Assembly (NCBI GenBank): GCA_937148845.1
Contig: CAKZRW010000031.1
Coordinates: 22,038-86,037, forward strand
From: an uncultured Actinomycetes bacterium
GTDB taxonomy: Bacteria; Actinomycetota; Thermoleophilia; RBG-16-64-13
Length of the DNA: 64,000 nt
Reading direction: 5' to 3'
A model generated the notes under the pieces. That model was given only the letters and a program-made list of their open reading frames with translations. It searched no databases and was not told the DNA's origin. A program made the translations under genes and the position numbers. This document shows, piece by piece, positions 27,429-37,242 of this stretch (positions are counted from its first letter, which is position 1; each line of letters starts with the position of its first letter).

Positions 27429-30125
27429 ATGAGGTCTACGTCGGGTATTGAAAGCGTGCGTTGGGCGGTAAAGCCTTATTCGTGGACAGCAGCCTGTCAC
27501 CTGGCTGAGACTCTGCGACTACCGTTCGCGGCAGCGATGGTGCTGGCGGCGCGCGGTCTGGTGGACCCCACTGAAGCTAGGCGGTTCCTCGAATGCGCCC
27601 CTCTGATTCCCGACCCCTTCTTGTTTGCACACATGGAGGCAGCCGTCGCCACCGTGGAGAGGGCCCTTCGGACCAGCGGTCGGGTGATCATCCATGGAGA
27701 CTATGATGCGGACGGCATCACCGCCACCGCCACGCTGGTTCTCGGCCTTCGCCACCTGGGACTTCAGCCCGAGTGTTACCTGCCCAGCCGTTTTCGGGAG
27801 GGCTACGGCCTGTCGCGTGCTGCCGTTGAGGAGATAGCGGCGGGGGGGCCCGGGCTTCTCATCACGGTCGACTGTGGCATCAACTACCCCGACGAGGTGG
27901 CGCTGGCTCAGGAGCGTGGACTGGAGGTGGTGGTCATCGATCATCATCATCCCGGGCCTCGCCTCCCGGAGTGTCTCATCGTACACGAGGCGGTAGGTCG
28001 CTATCCAGCCGGGCCGCTCTGTGGGGTGGGCCTAGCCCTCAAATTCCTGCACGCTCTGCATATCGCTCTGAAGGGAGCCCCTAGAGACCGCCTGCCCGAG
28101 GAGTTGATGCAGTTACTCGATCTGGTGGCGGTGGGTACCATCGCCGATCTGGTCCCGCTGGTGGGGGAGAATCGCTACTACGTGAGCGAAGGGCTCAAGC
28201 TCCTCACCATAGGGAACCGGTTGGGGCTGCGAGCTCTGGGCGAAGTCTCGGGCTGCACCGGAATGGTCGATTCCGCGATGGTTGCTTTCCGCTTGGCACC
28301 CCGCCTGAACGCAGCAGGACGTCTCGCCGATCCATGGCCTCCGCTCCACCTGCTGCTCACCGAAGATGAAGGTGAGGCCCGCTGCCTGGCCAACCAGCTC
28401 CATGAACTCAACGGAGCGCGGCAAGACGTCGAACGACAGATCCTACAGGCGGCTATCGGTGCTCTCGATGAAGAAGCGCCACTGCCACCTGTCATCGTGC
28501 TTGCCGGCGAGGACTGGCACGAGGGGGTCGTGGGTATAGTCGCGTCGCGCCTCGTGGAACGTTACTATCGTCCCACTATCCTGTTAGGTGTCCGCGACGG
28601 AGTGGCCAAAGGCTCGGGGCGCAGCATCAGTCAGTACAACCTGATTGAAGGCTTGGATGCCTGCGCGGAGCACCTGACGGTGTACGGAGGGCATCCTCAG
28701 GCGGCCGGTCTGACCTTGCCGGCAGAGCGAGTGGAAGACTTCCGCAGGAGCATAGTACGACATGCAGCCGAACGCCTCGATGTCTCTGCGTTGACCCCTC
28801 GTTACCAGGCCGACGTGGTACTGCGGGGAGAAGACCTCACAGTCGATACTGCCCTGGCCCTAGCCTCGCTAGGACCGTTCGGGTTGGGCAACCCCAGGCC
28901 CAGGCTCTTGCTGGTAGGGGCAGGAATACGCGATTGCGAGCAGACACGCTCCGGAGCACATCTGCGACTGAGTGTGGAGCTGGACGGGGTCAAGACCCCA
29001 GGTATCGCTTTTGGTCTGGGCGAGATGGCCCCCCAGCTTCTGTCGGGAGATCACCGCCATGTGGTCGGCGGTCAGTTCCGGACCGAGACCTGGCAAGGCA
29101 CCCTACGTGCCGACCTCCTGGTGGAGAGATTAGAGCGCGAGGAGCCGGCGGAGCTCATCTCGGTAGAACCGGACTGGACTGAGTGGGCGCGCGTTGACGA
29201 CACAGACCCTGCGCACGGGGAGAAGTGCTCTGAGCGGGAAGTACCAGTCGGGAGCCGTGGTCATCGTTCACACCCCTTTGCGGAAGCCTCGCGCGATCTG
29301 CGCGACCGGGGAGGCTGCGTATCCGCCCTCGCTCAAGTCATAGCCACGGGCGAGCCCACACTCATCGTGGCGGGTTCGATCTGGTGGTGGCTCCCATATC
29401 TCCGACCGACCGTGCAGCTTTGCCTGGACGCCGACCGGGGGCTGGTAGTCCTTCCTCACGGTCACTGGAACGGAGCCACGCCTCCCTCTGAGATCCTGCC
29501 GTCTGACGTGGTACTCACCGAGTGGGAAGCCCTCGCCTCTCGGCCTGAACTTCTTTGCGGTCGGCAGCACGTGGTCGTGGTAGGCCCGCCGCTACGCGCC
29601 GGTCATCTAGACATCCCCTGGCCCCGATGGAAGAAGGAGGCCTATCTCCACCTTTACTACGGTAGGATCGAACGGGAGATGTCTGAAAAGCTGCTCAGAT
29701 ACTTGGTCCACCCCCGCTTCGCCTTGGTGTGTCTATATCGTGCCCTGGAGGCGGAGGCAGAAAGGGCAGGACGCACGTCACCGTCGGGTGAAGACGGCAG
29801 GTCCGACCAGCAGTCCAGGCTCAACCAGGGCGCCTGGTCGAATGCCGACCCTGAGTCGGAGAGCATCTCCGGTCCAAGCCCCAGCTCCAGCGAACCGCCC
29901 TCTCCAACAGCGGCCCTGCTGCTCGCGGCCGCCAAGTTGGGTTGGGAGGAGGCGAGAGTGGTCCTCCGTAGGGCTCAGCTGCAACAAGCCTGGGCGATAC
30001 TGCTGGAGGCCGGTCTTGAACGGGCCGAGCCGAGAAGGGCTAAACTAGAACCGAAAAAAGTGACCGACTATCGCCTCGCTGAGGCGGAATACCAGGAGTG
30101 CCTGCGACTGTGTCGGAGCCTTTGA
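27429..30125 (+). CDS. recJ: Single-stranded-DNA-specific exonuclease RecJ with a ~300-aa C-terminal extension
   Basis: DHH (VIIHGDYDADGITATA, DHHHPG) and DHHA1 (GGHPQAAG) motifs. Residues ~600-898 are non-canonical, including an S/P-rich linker. Confidence 0.85.
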   Translation: MRSTSGIESVRWAVKPYSWTAACHLAETLRLPFAAAMVLAARGLVDPTEARRFLECAPLIPDPFLFAHMEAAVATVERALRTSGRVIIHGDYDADGITATATLVLGLRHLGLQPECYLPSRFREGYGLSRAAVEEIAAGGPGLLITVDCGINYPDEVALAQERGLEVVVIDHHHPGPRLPECLIVHEAVGRYPAGPLCGVGLALKFLHALHIALKGAPRDRLPEELMQLLDLVAVGTIADLVPLVGENRYYVSEGLKLLTIGNRLGLRALGEVSGCTGMVDSAMVAFRLAPRLNAAGRLADPWPPLHLLLTEDEGEARCLANQLHELNGARQDVERQILQAAIGALDEEAPLPPVIVLAGEDWHEGVVGIVASRLVERYYRPTILLGVRDGVAKGSGRSISQYNLIEGLDACAEHLTVYGGHPQAAGLTLPAERVEDFRRSIVRHAAERLDVSALTPRYQADVVLRGEDLTVDTALALASLGPFGLGNPRPRLLLVGAGIRDCEQTRSGAHLRLSVELDGVKTPGIAFGLGEMAPQLLSGDHRHVVGGQFRTETWQGTLRADLLVERLEREEPAELISVEPDWTEWARVDDTDPAHGEKCSEREVPVGSRGHRSHPFAEASRDLRDRGGCVSALAQVIATGEPTLIVAGSIWWWLPYLRPTVQLCLDADRGLVVLPHGHWNGATPPSEILPSDVVLTEWEALASRPELLCGRQHVVVVGPPLRAGHLDIPWPRWKKEAYLHLYYGRIEREMSEKLLRYLVHPRFALVCLYRALEAEAERAGRTSPSGEDGRSDQQSRLNQGAWSNADPESESISGPSPSSSEPPSPTAALLLAAAKLGWEEARVVLRRAQLQQAWAILLEAGLERAEPRRAKLEPKKVTDYRLAEAEYQECLRLCRSL

Positions 30126-32404
30126 AGACTTCCTCCGGCGCCTCGACCGACGAACCCACGAAGACGCTCGAGAGCACGACCCCTTTCCAACTGGGGCCCG
30201 GAGAGCAAGAGCGGTCTGACGAGGAATTGCTGGCCGGCCTTTTCGCCAAGGTCGGCCGGTACAACCCTGCCTTCGACCGCGACCTGCTTTCCCGGGCCTT
30301 CGCCGTGGCCTCCTCGCAACACCGCGGCCAGGTGCGCGCCAGCGGTGAACCTTACATCAACCATCCGCTCGGCACTGCCGAGATATGCGCCGACCTCAGA
30401 CTTGACAGCGCCACTTTGGCGGCTGCTCTGCTGCACGACGTGGTCGAAGATACGGAACTGTCCATCGAAGAGGTGCGGGAACAGTTCGGGGCAGAAGTCG
30501 CGCTGCTGGTCGATGGCGTGACCAAGCTGTCGCAGATGCAGTTTCGTACTGTCGAAGAGGAGCAGGCCGAGAACGTCCGCAAGATGATCTTAGCTATGGC
30601 CAAGGACCCCCGCGTGATTCTGATCAAGCTGGCCGACCGCCTCCACAACATGCGGACTCTGCGCTACTTGGGCAAGGAGAAACAGCTGGACAAAGCTAAG
30701 GAGACCCTCGAAATATACGCCCCCCTGGCTCACCGCCTAGGCATCGAGCAGGTCAAGTGGCAGCTGGAGGACCTGGCTTTCGCCACCTTGCACCCCCGTA
30801 AGTATGCCGAGATACAGCAGATGGTGGCCCAGCGTCGTGCGGACCGAGAGCGGGATGTGGAGGAGGCCCGTCAGACATTGGGCAAGGAGCTCGCCGCCGT
30901 GGGCATCAAGGCGGAGATTGTGGGAAGGGCCAAACACTTCTATTCCATATACGACAAGATGGTGCGCAAGGGCCGCGAGTTCAACGAGATCTACGACCTC
31001 ATTGCCTTGCGTGTGCTGGTGGACTCGGTCAAGGATTGCTATGCCACTCTGGGTGTGATCCACTCCTTGTGGAAACCCGTCCCTGGGCGATTCAAGGACT
31101 ATATCGCCATGCCCAAGTTCAACATGTACCAGTCGTTGCATACCACGGTGATAGGTCCTCAAGGCAAGCCGCTCGAAATCCAGATCCGCACTTACGAGAT
31201 GCACGAGACAGCCGAATATGGCATCGCTGCTCACTGGATGTACAAAGAAAAGGGGGGCCGGGCCGGCCAGCGTGCGGAGACAGACGCCGAGAAACTGCTG
31301 TGGCTGCGCCAGATCATGGAATGGCAATCCGAAGCCAAGGATGCCACCGAATTCATGGAGTCGCTGCGCATCGACCTGGTGCAGGACGAGGTTTACGTCT
31401 TCACTCCCAAAGGTGAGATCAAGAGACTGCCCCAGGGCTCCACTCCGGTCGATTTCGCCTACGCCATCCACACAGACGTGGGTCATCGCTGCATCGGAGC
31501 CAAGGTCAACAGCCGCATCGTTCCCCTGACTTACAAGCTCCAGTCAGGCGACATCGTCGAGATACTCACCTCCAAGTCGCCCCAAGGTCCTTCTCGGGAT
31601 TGGCTCCAATTCGTCGCCAGTCCGGGAGCGCGGACCAAGATAAGGCAGTGGTTCAAACGAGAGCGCCGCGAAGACTTCGAGCACATCGGGCGTGAGGCTC
31701 TGCTTGAGGCTCTCCGTAAGCAGGGTCTCCCCGCCCAGCGCCTGATCAGCTCCGAGGTGCTCGCGGAGGTGATGAAGGAGACCGGTCACGCGAAGAAGGA
31801 AGATTTCTTCTCTGCTGTAGGCTCCGGAAAGATCAGCTCTCACCACGTGGTGACCAGGGTGGTCCAAAGCCTTGACCGCAGTCCCCAGGCCGTCAGCGGC
31901 GTCGCGCTCGCTCCTGAGACGGTGTCGCGGGGGGTGAAGGCTGCCCCCAGCGACCAGCTTGGAATCCACGTCAACGGGCTGACCGATGTCGCCATCCGCA
32001 TCCCGCAGTGTTGCCGACCGGTCCCCGGCGATGACGTGGTCGGGTACATCTCCATGGGTCGGGGAGTGACAGTGCATCGGCGGGACTGCCCCAACCTCAA
32101 AGCACTGGAGAAGAACCCGGAGCGCTTCATCCCTGTGCGTTGGGACACCCGGGCGAAGGCACCGGTCCGGGTAGAGATACAGGTCGAGGCCTATGACCGT
32201 AATCATCTGCTCGAGGACATCTCGCGCACTCTCAGCGAGAGCGGCATCAGCATTATTGCCGCCCAGATCTTTACGGCGCGCAACAACATGGTCAAGGATC
32301 GTTTTGTGTTCGATGTCCCCGACATTGACTATCTGGAGACCGTTCTGCAGCGCCTACGTCGCATAGACACCGTGTACGACGCCTACCGAGTCACGCCGCG
32401 CTGA
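30110..32404 (+). CDS. relA: Bifunctional (p)ppGpp synthetase/hydrolase Rel/SpoT
   Basis: HD hydrolase (HRGQVRASGEPYINHPLG), synthetase (RAKHFYSIYDKM), TGS and ACT domains. The start is uncertain: GTG 30110 or GTG 30098, overlapping the recJ stop. Confidence 0.88.
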   Translation: MSEPLKTSSGASTDEPTKTLESTTPFQLGPGEQERSDEELLAGLFAKVGRYNPAFDRDLLSRAFAVASSQHRGQVRASGEPYINHPLGTAEICADLRLDSATLAAALLHDVVEDTELSIEEVREQFGAEVALLVDGVTKLSQMQFRTVEEEQAENVRKMILAMAKDPRVILIKLADRLHNMRTLRYLGKEKQLDKAKETLEIYAPLAHRLGIEQVKWQLEDLAFATLHPRKYAEIQQMVAQRRADRERDVEEARQTLGKELAAVGIKAEIVGRAKHFYSIYDKMVRKGREFNEIYDLIALRVLVDSVKDCYATLGVIHSLWKPVPGRFKDYIAMPKFNMYQSLHTTVIGPQGKPLEIQIRTYEMHETAEYGIAAHWMYKEKGGRAGQRAETDAEKLLWLRQIMEWQSEAKDATEFMESLRIDLVQDEVYVFTPKGEIKRLPQGSTPVDFAYAIHTDVGHRCIGAKVNSRIVPLTYKLQSGDIVEILTSKSPQGPSRDWLQFVASPGARTKIRQWFKRERREDFEHIGREALLEALRKQGLPAQRLISSEVLAEVMKETGHAKKEDFFSAVGSGKISSHHVVTRVVQSLDRSPQAVSGVALAPETVSRGVKAAPSDQLGIHVNGLTDVAIRIPQCCRPVPGDDVVGYISMGRGVTVHRRDCPNLKALEKNPERFIPVRWDTRAKAPVRVEIQVEAYDRNHLLEDISRTLSESGISIIAAQIFTARNNMVKDRFVFDVPDIDYLETVLQRLRRIDTVYDAYRVTPR

Positions 32405-32508
32405 CCTGGCCGCAAGAGACCGCCTTTCTGCCTCTGGTAGAATTGCACGCCGTGGAGAAGGGCGGCCGGGGTGGAGAGCACCCGGCCACTGGAAAAAGAG
32501 GTCACCAG

Positions 32509-33144
32509 ATGGAGATACTGTGCGTGCCCGTGGGGGCGTTGCAAGCCAACTGCTATTTGGTGTGGGATGAGAAGATGAAGGCTTGCGCTGTCGATCCCGG
32601 GGGAGAGCCCGGTCGTCTAGCTGAACTTGTCGACCGTCGAGGCTTGGACGTCGAGGCTATCTTGGTGACCCACGGCCACTTCGATCACGTCGATGGGGTC
32701 AAGGGCCTGGCTGAAGCCACGGGCGCCAAGGTGTATTGCTCAGCCCCGGTGCTTCCCATCGTGGCGGGAAGTAAGGGCTGCCCGGCCAGCGGGTACCCTA
32801 TAGCCTCCGTCGACCAGCGCCAGGTGCAGGTCGTTAGCGACGGTAGCACCTTCAGGGTGGGGGACCTGAAGGTCAAGGTCATCGCCACGCCCGGCCATAC
32901 GCCGGGCGACCTGACCTACGACATAGAGGGTCATCTCTTCTGCGGTGACCTCTTGTTCCATCGATCGGTAGGACGTACTGACTTTCCGGGCGGAGATTTC
33001 TCGCAGCTCTTGGGGTCCATCGCCAAGCTTGTTTCTCTGTATGATGGGGACACCCCCGTTTTCCCTGGCCACATGCAGGCCACCACCTTGGGGGACGAAA
33101 TCGCGTTCAATCCATTTCTGTCCGGGCTGGTCAGGCGTGGCTGA
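32509..33144 (+). CDS. MBL-fold metallo-hydrolase (glyoxalase II-like)
   Basis: THGHFDHVDG metal-binding motif. ATG 32509 with an AAGAGG RBS. The true start is internal to ORF-track 32443. Confidence 0.8.
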   Translation: MEILCVPVGALQANCYLVWDEKMKACAVDPGGEPGRLAELVDRRGLDVEAILVTHGHFDHVDGVKGLAEATGAKVYCSAPVLPIVAGSKGCPASGYPIASVDQRQVQVVSDGSTFRVGDLKVKVIATPGHTPGDLTYDIEGHLFCGDLLFHRSVGRTDFPGGDFSQLLGSIAKLVSLYDGDTPVFPGHMQATTLGDEIAFNPFLSGLVRRG

Positions 33145-34429
33145 CCTCCTGACAGCCCCCAAGGGAACCTACGATATCCTGCCCGAACAGCAACCGCTGC
33201 GACGGTGGGTCATCGCTATTGCTGAAGACGTCTTCACCCGGTACGGGTATCGGCGGATCGATACCCCGATGTTCGAAGACACGCGGCTCTTTCTGCGCGG
33301 CATCGGAGAGGCCACCGACATCGTCCGCAAAGAGATGTACACCTTCACGGATTTGGGTGGACGCAGCATTACTCTCCGACCCGAAGGGACCGCTCCGGTA
33401 GCGCGGGCGTACGTCGAGCACGGCATGCACACGCTGCCGCAACCGGTCAAGCTCTACTACCACAGCCCCATGTTCAGGTACGAAAGTCCGCAGGCAGGTC
33501 GGTACCGCCAGCACTATCAGCTGGGCGTAGAGGCTTTCGGGTCTAGTGCGCCCGAGCTGGATGCCGAAGTCATCGGATTGCTTGCCACCCTGTACCGCGA
33601 ATTGGGGTTGCGGCAAGTCGAGCTGCGCCTCAACTCTATGGGCTGTAAGGAGTGCCGTCCCGGATACTCGAAGGCCTTGCGTTCTTACCTGTCTCAGAAC
33701 TTCGACGGCCTCTGCGCGGAGTGTCGGGAACGTACCCGGCTGAATCCTTTGCGCACCTTCGACTGCAAGGTGGAGGGCTGTCGGGGGCTGCTAGCAGACG
33801 CTCCTCGTCTGCCTGACTACTTGTGCGCTCCTTGTCGGGGCCACCATGAGCGGGTCAAAGCCTGCCTGGAGCTACAAGAACTTCAGTATGTCGATGACCA
33901 TACTCTGGTGCGCGGACTCGACTACTACACCAGGACCACATTCGAGTTCCAGTGTTCACTGCTTGGCGCCCAGTCCGGTATAGGTGGTGGCGGACGCTAT
34001 GACGATCTGGTGGCCACGATCGGAGGGCCCCCGGTCCCTGGGGTCGGTTTTGGCACTGGGGTGGAGCGCATCCTTCTGGCTTTGGAGCGTTCCGGAGTCC
34101 AGGGTCCCCGTCCGGCTTCTCCGGTGGTCTACTTGGTGGCCTTGGCCGAGTCGGCCCGGAGTGCAGTCTTCCGGCTGGCGCACGAACTCCGGCAGGCGGG
34201 GATTTGCGCAGACCTCGATTATGTGGAACGGTCCCCCAAGGGGCAGATGAAGCAGGCCGGGCGAAGCGGCGCCCGGTATGCGTTCATACTCGGAGAGGAA
34301 GAATTGGCGACCGGCGTCTTGACTGTGCGCGATCTGACAACCGGCGAGGAACAGCGGCTTGACGCCGCAGCGGCGGGCAAGCTTGCCCGCGCTGCGGCCA
34401 GGCAGGCATCCACAGCCTTCACGGAGTAG
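33137..34429 (+). CDS. hisS: Histidine--tRNA ligase
   Basis: APKGTYDILPEQQ, class II motifs, and an anticodon-binding domain. GTG start overlapping the MBL gene stop by 8 nt. Confidence 0.9.
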   Translation: MADLLTAPKGTYDILPEQQPLRRWVIAIAEDVFTRYGYRRIDTPMFEDTRLFLRGIGEATDIVRKEMYTFTDLGGRSITLRPEGTAPVARAYVEHGMHTLPQPVKLYYHSPMFRYESPQAGRYRQHYQLGVEAFGSSAPELDAEVIGLLATLYRELGLRQVELRLNSMGCKECRPGYSKALRSYLSQNFDGLCAECRERTRLNPLRTFDCKVEGCRGLLADAPRLPDYLCAPCRGHHERVKACLELQELQYVDDHTLVRGLDYYTRTTFEFQCSLLGAQSGIGGGGRYDDLVATIGGPPVPGVGFGTGVERILLALERSGVQGPRPASPVVYLVALAESARSAVFRLAHELRQAGICADLDYVERSPKGQMKQAGRSGARYAFILGEEELATGVLTVRDLTTGEEQRLDAAAAGKLARAAARQASTAFTE

Positions 34430-34461
34430 TCTGAACTTGACCGGAGAGAAGAGGGCGACGA

Positions 34462-36216
34462 GTGGCGCATAGAGATCATTGGTGTGGCGAAGTACTCGAC
34501 CACCTTATCGGCCACCGTATCCAGGTGGCTGGTTGGGTCCACCGACGGCGAGACCATGGCGGCCTTGTTTTCATCGACCTCCGTGACCGTACTGGCATCC
34601 TGCAGCTGGTCATCTCGGAGGACAGGGACCCGCAGGTCCACGCTACGGGGCAGATGTTGCGCAACGAGTATGTGGTGGCTGCTGCAGGCGAGGTAGTGGC
34701 CCGCAGCCCTGAGCGGGTCAACCCCAAGCTTGCTACAGGCATGGTGGAGTTGCTGGTGGAGCGACTCCAGATTCTGGCTGCGGCCCAGACCCCCCCGTTC
34801 TTCCCCGAGGATCAGCTCGAGATCGACGAGACCCTGCGACTCAAGTACAGGTATATCGATCTGCGGCGTCCCCGCATGTACCGTAACCTGCTCCTCCGGC
34901 ACAGAGTGGTGCAGGCCGTGCGCCGCTATCTGGAAGCCCAGGGCTTCATCGAGGTGGAGACTCCCATCCTGACCAAGAGCACTCCAGAGGGCGCTCGCGA
35001 CTTCTTGGTGCCGTGCCGGCTTCAACCAGGCGAGTTCTACGCCCTGCCACAATCACCACAGTTGTTCAAGCAGCTGCTCATGGTGGGCGGTTTCGAACGC
35101 TACTACCAGATCGCGCGAGCCTTCCGGGACGAAGACCTGAGAGCCGACCGCCAGCCGGAGCACACTCAAATCGACTTGGAAATGAGCTTCGTCGACGAGG
35201 CTGACCTCCAGGAAATCGTCGAGGGCATGTGGGCCGCAGCTTTCCGGGAGACCTTGGGCGTCACTCTGGCTCGGCCTTTCCCGCGCCTCAGCTACCGAGA
35301 GGCTATGGCCCGCTACGGGAGTGACAAGCCTGACCTCCGGTTCGGTATGGAGATAGTCGACGTGAGCGACCTGGCCGGAGGGATTGACTTTCGCATCTTC
35401 CAGGAGGCGTTGGCGAGAGGAGGCACGGTCCGTGGCCTGCGCGCGGAGCGTGGCGGGGGTCTCTCGCGCCGAGAAGTCGAGGAGTTGGGAGCGCAGCTAG
35501 AGGATTTCGGCCTGGGCGGGCTGCTCCCCCTCTGGGTCGAGGCAGGAGGGGTCCGGTCGCCCTTGGTGAAGCATGCCGGACCTGAGCTTGTGGAGTCGAT
35601 CGTGGCTCGCCTGCAGGGTCAGCCTGGCGATCTTCTCTTGCTGGCCGCTGGGCCAGTGGCGAATGTGGAACCGGGATTAGGGGCTCTGCGGCTTTCTCTT
35701 GCTGCCAAACTGGGTATCGAGCGCAGCGGATGGGCTTTCGCCTGGGTAGTCGATTTCCCGATGTTCGAGTACGACGCCGTGGAGAAGCGTCTGAAAGCTC
35801 AGCACCATCCGTTCACCAAACCCAGGATCGAGGATCTCTCGGACTTGAAGACGAAGCCGCTGGCCCTCGGGACGTATGCCTACGACCTGGTGCTGAACGG
35901 AGTGGAGCTCGGCAGCGGATCCCTACGTATCTCTGAACCCGAATTGCAGCAAGCGGTTTTCGAGGCTCTGGGCCTGACGGAAGAAGAGATCCAGGCCAAG
36001 TTCGGGTTCCTGGTCGAGGCTATGAAGTACGGTGCGCCGCCTCACGGCGGAATAGGACTGGGCCTAGACCGAGCGGTCATGTTGATGGCCGGGGAGTCTT
36101 CCATCCGCGATGTCATAGCTTTTCCTAAGACCCAGAGTGGCTCCTGTCCCTTGACGGAGGCTCCTTCACCAGTCTCAGCCGAGCAGCTGCGGGAGCTACG
36201 CATCCGGACCTTCTGA
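34462..36216 (+). CDS. aspS: Aspartate--tRNA ligase
   Basis: OB anticodon domain (GWVHRRRDHGGLVFIDLRD), class II motifs, and a GAD insertion. 584 aa. Confidence 0.9.
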   Translation: MAHRDHWCGEVLDHLIGHRIQVAGWVHRRRDHGGLVFIDLRDRTGILQLVISEDRDPQVHATGQMLRNEYVVAAAGEVVARSPERVNPKLATGMVELLVERLQILAAAQTPPFFPEDQLEIDETLRLKYRYIDLRRPRMYRNLLLRHRVVQAVRRYLEAQGFIEVETPILTKSTPEGARDFLVPCRLQPGEFYALPQSPQLFKQLLMVGGFERYYQIARAFRDEDLRADRQPEHTQIDLEMSFVDEADLQEIVEGMWAAAFRETLGVTLARPFPRLSYREAMARYGSDKPDLRFGMEIVDVSDLAGGIDFRIFQEALARGGTVRGLRAERGGGLSRREVEELGAQLEDFGLGGLLPLWVEAGGVRSPLVKHAGPELVESIVARLQGQPGDLLLLAAGPVANVEPGLGALRLSLAAKLGIERSGWAFAWVVDFPMFEYDAVEKRLKAQHHPFTKPRIEDLSDLKTKPLALGTYAYDLVLNGVELGSGSLRISEPELQQAVFEALGLTEEEIQAKFGFLVEAMKYGAPPHGGIGLGLDRAVMLMAGESSIRDVIAFPKTQSGSCPLTEAPSPVSAEQLRELRIRTF

Positions 36217-36592
36217 CCCGGACCTGCGAACGGGAACCCGCGGGCGCGGACCTCCTGACCTTGACTTTCCCACACGTCGGGAGACGCGCCGCCCCGGCGC
36301 CATGCACGCTCAAGCTAACGGCGTATACAGCCGAAAACAGCTATGGGCGCTGTTCCCAGGTCGGCGTGGCAGAGGTTAGGGGCAGTGTTGTCGGCTTCAG
36401 GCCCTTATGCTAACCTCGTGGTGCTCGACCTTGTGCGTGATCTGGCTCTAACTTGAGCCAACACACAATGCTTGGGAGGCAAGCTCGCCTGGGCGGTCTT
36501 GGACCCTCCAGGGGTAGCCACCCACCTGCTTCGGCAGGTTCAAGCGCCCGTCAGACACGGCAAGGTGGAGCACATTTTTTGGAAGGAGAGAC

Positions 36593-37114
36593 GTGACCGG
36601 ACGAAGCTTACGGTGGCGGAGCGTGGTTGTCCTCCTCGTTCTCGTCCTGCTGGGCACGGCGGCTGCCTGCGGGAATGAGAGCGACAAGGCGACTTCGACC
36701 ACTCGGCAAGTCTCCGGTACCACGCGCACCACGGCGGCCGGCGAGGTGGGTCGGGCTGCCGAGAGACTGGTAGGTACCACCTTGGCCGTCAGCGAGGACA
36801 CGCCGGCTGAGTATGTAGATGCCGTCGGGCAGGGTCGGCCGGTGGTGCTGGTCTTCTATGTGGCCGGTAACGTCGACGACACCAAGGTCTTGGAGGCGCT
36901 GGACCGTCTTCGCGCTGAATTCGCCGACTATGCCTTCCTAGCTTACGACTGGAAGAGCCCCGACAGCTACGGGGACTTGGCCGTGCTCCTCCAAGTGGAC
37001 TATCCCCCAGAGACGGTGCTGATCGACCGTAAAGGCGTCATTCAGCGCATCTGGAATGGCTACGTAGATGAAGGTACTTTGAGGCAGTGTCTCGTGAATC
37101 TGGGTCAGAGCTGA
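36593..37114 (+). CDS. Putative secreted lipoprotein (thioredoxin-fold-like, no CxxC)
   Basis: Signal peptide with a lipobox-like LLGTAAAC. AAGGAGAGAC RBS immediately after a T-tract. Confidence 0.55.
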   Translation: MTGRSLRWRSVVVLLVLVLLGTAAACGNESDKATSTTRQVSGTTRTTAAGEVGRAAERLVGTTLAVSEDTPAEYVDAVGQGRPVVLVFYVAGNVDDTKVLEALDRLRAEFADYAFLAYDWKSPDSYGDLAVLLQVDYPPETVLIDRKGVIQRIWNGYVDEGTLRQCLVNLGQS

Positions 37115-37145
37115 ACGTGAGCGACGAACAGGAGCGCGTGACGGA

Positions 37146-37173
37146 GGCCGGGACACCCCGGCCTTCTTCATCT
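37146..37173 (+). terminator. Rho-independent terminator after the lipoprotein gene
   Basis: GGCCGGG-acac-CCCGGCC hairpin followed by TTCTTCATCT. Confidence 0.65.
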
Positions 37174-37242
37174 AGAGCGGAGTCGACCCCGCTACATCGA
37201 CCGACTCAGCAGAGGCCGACAGGTCAAGCCTACGGAGAACTA

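Noticed and set aside
36380-36470. Possible TPP riboswitch in the aspS-lipoprotein intergenic leader
   Set aside because: Only a partial resemblance to the J3/2-P3 pyrimidine-binding region is present. The diagnostic CTGAGA box and the proper P4/P5 pyrophosphate arm are not visible. Kept only as a generic structured-leader observation.
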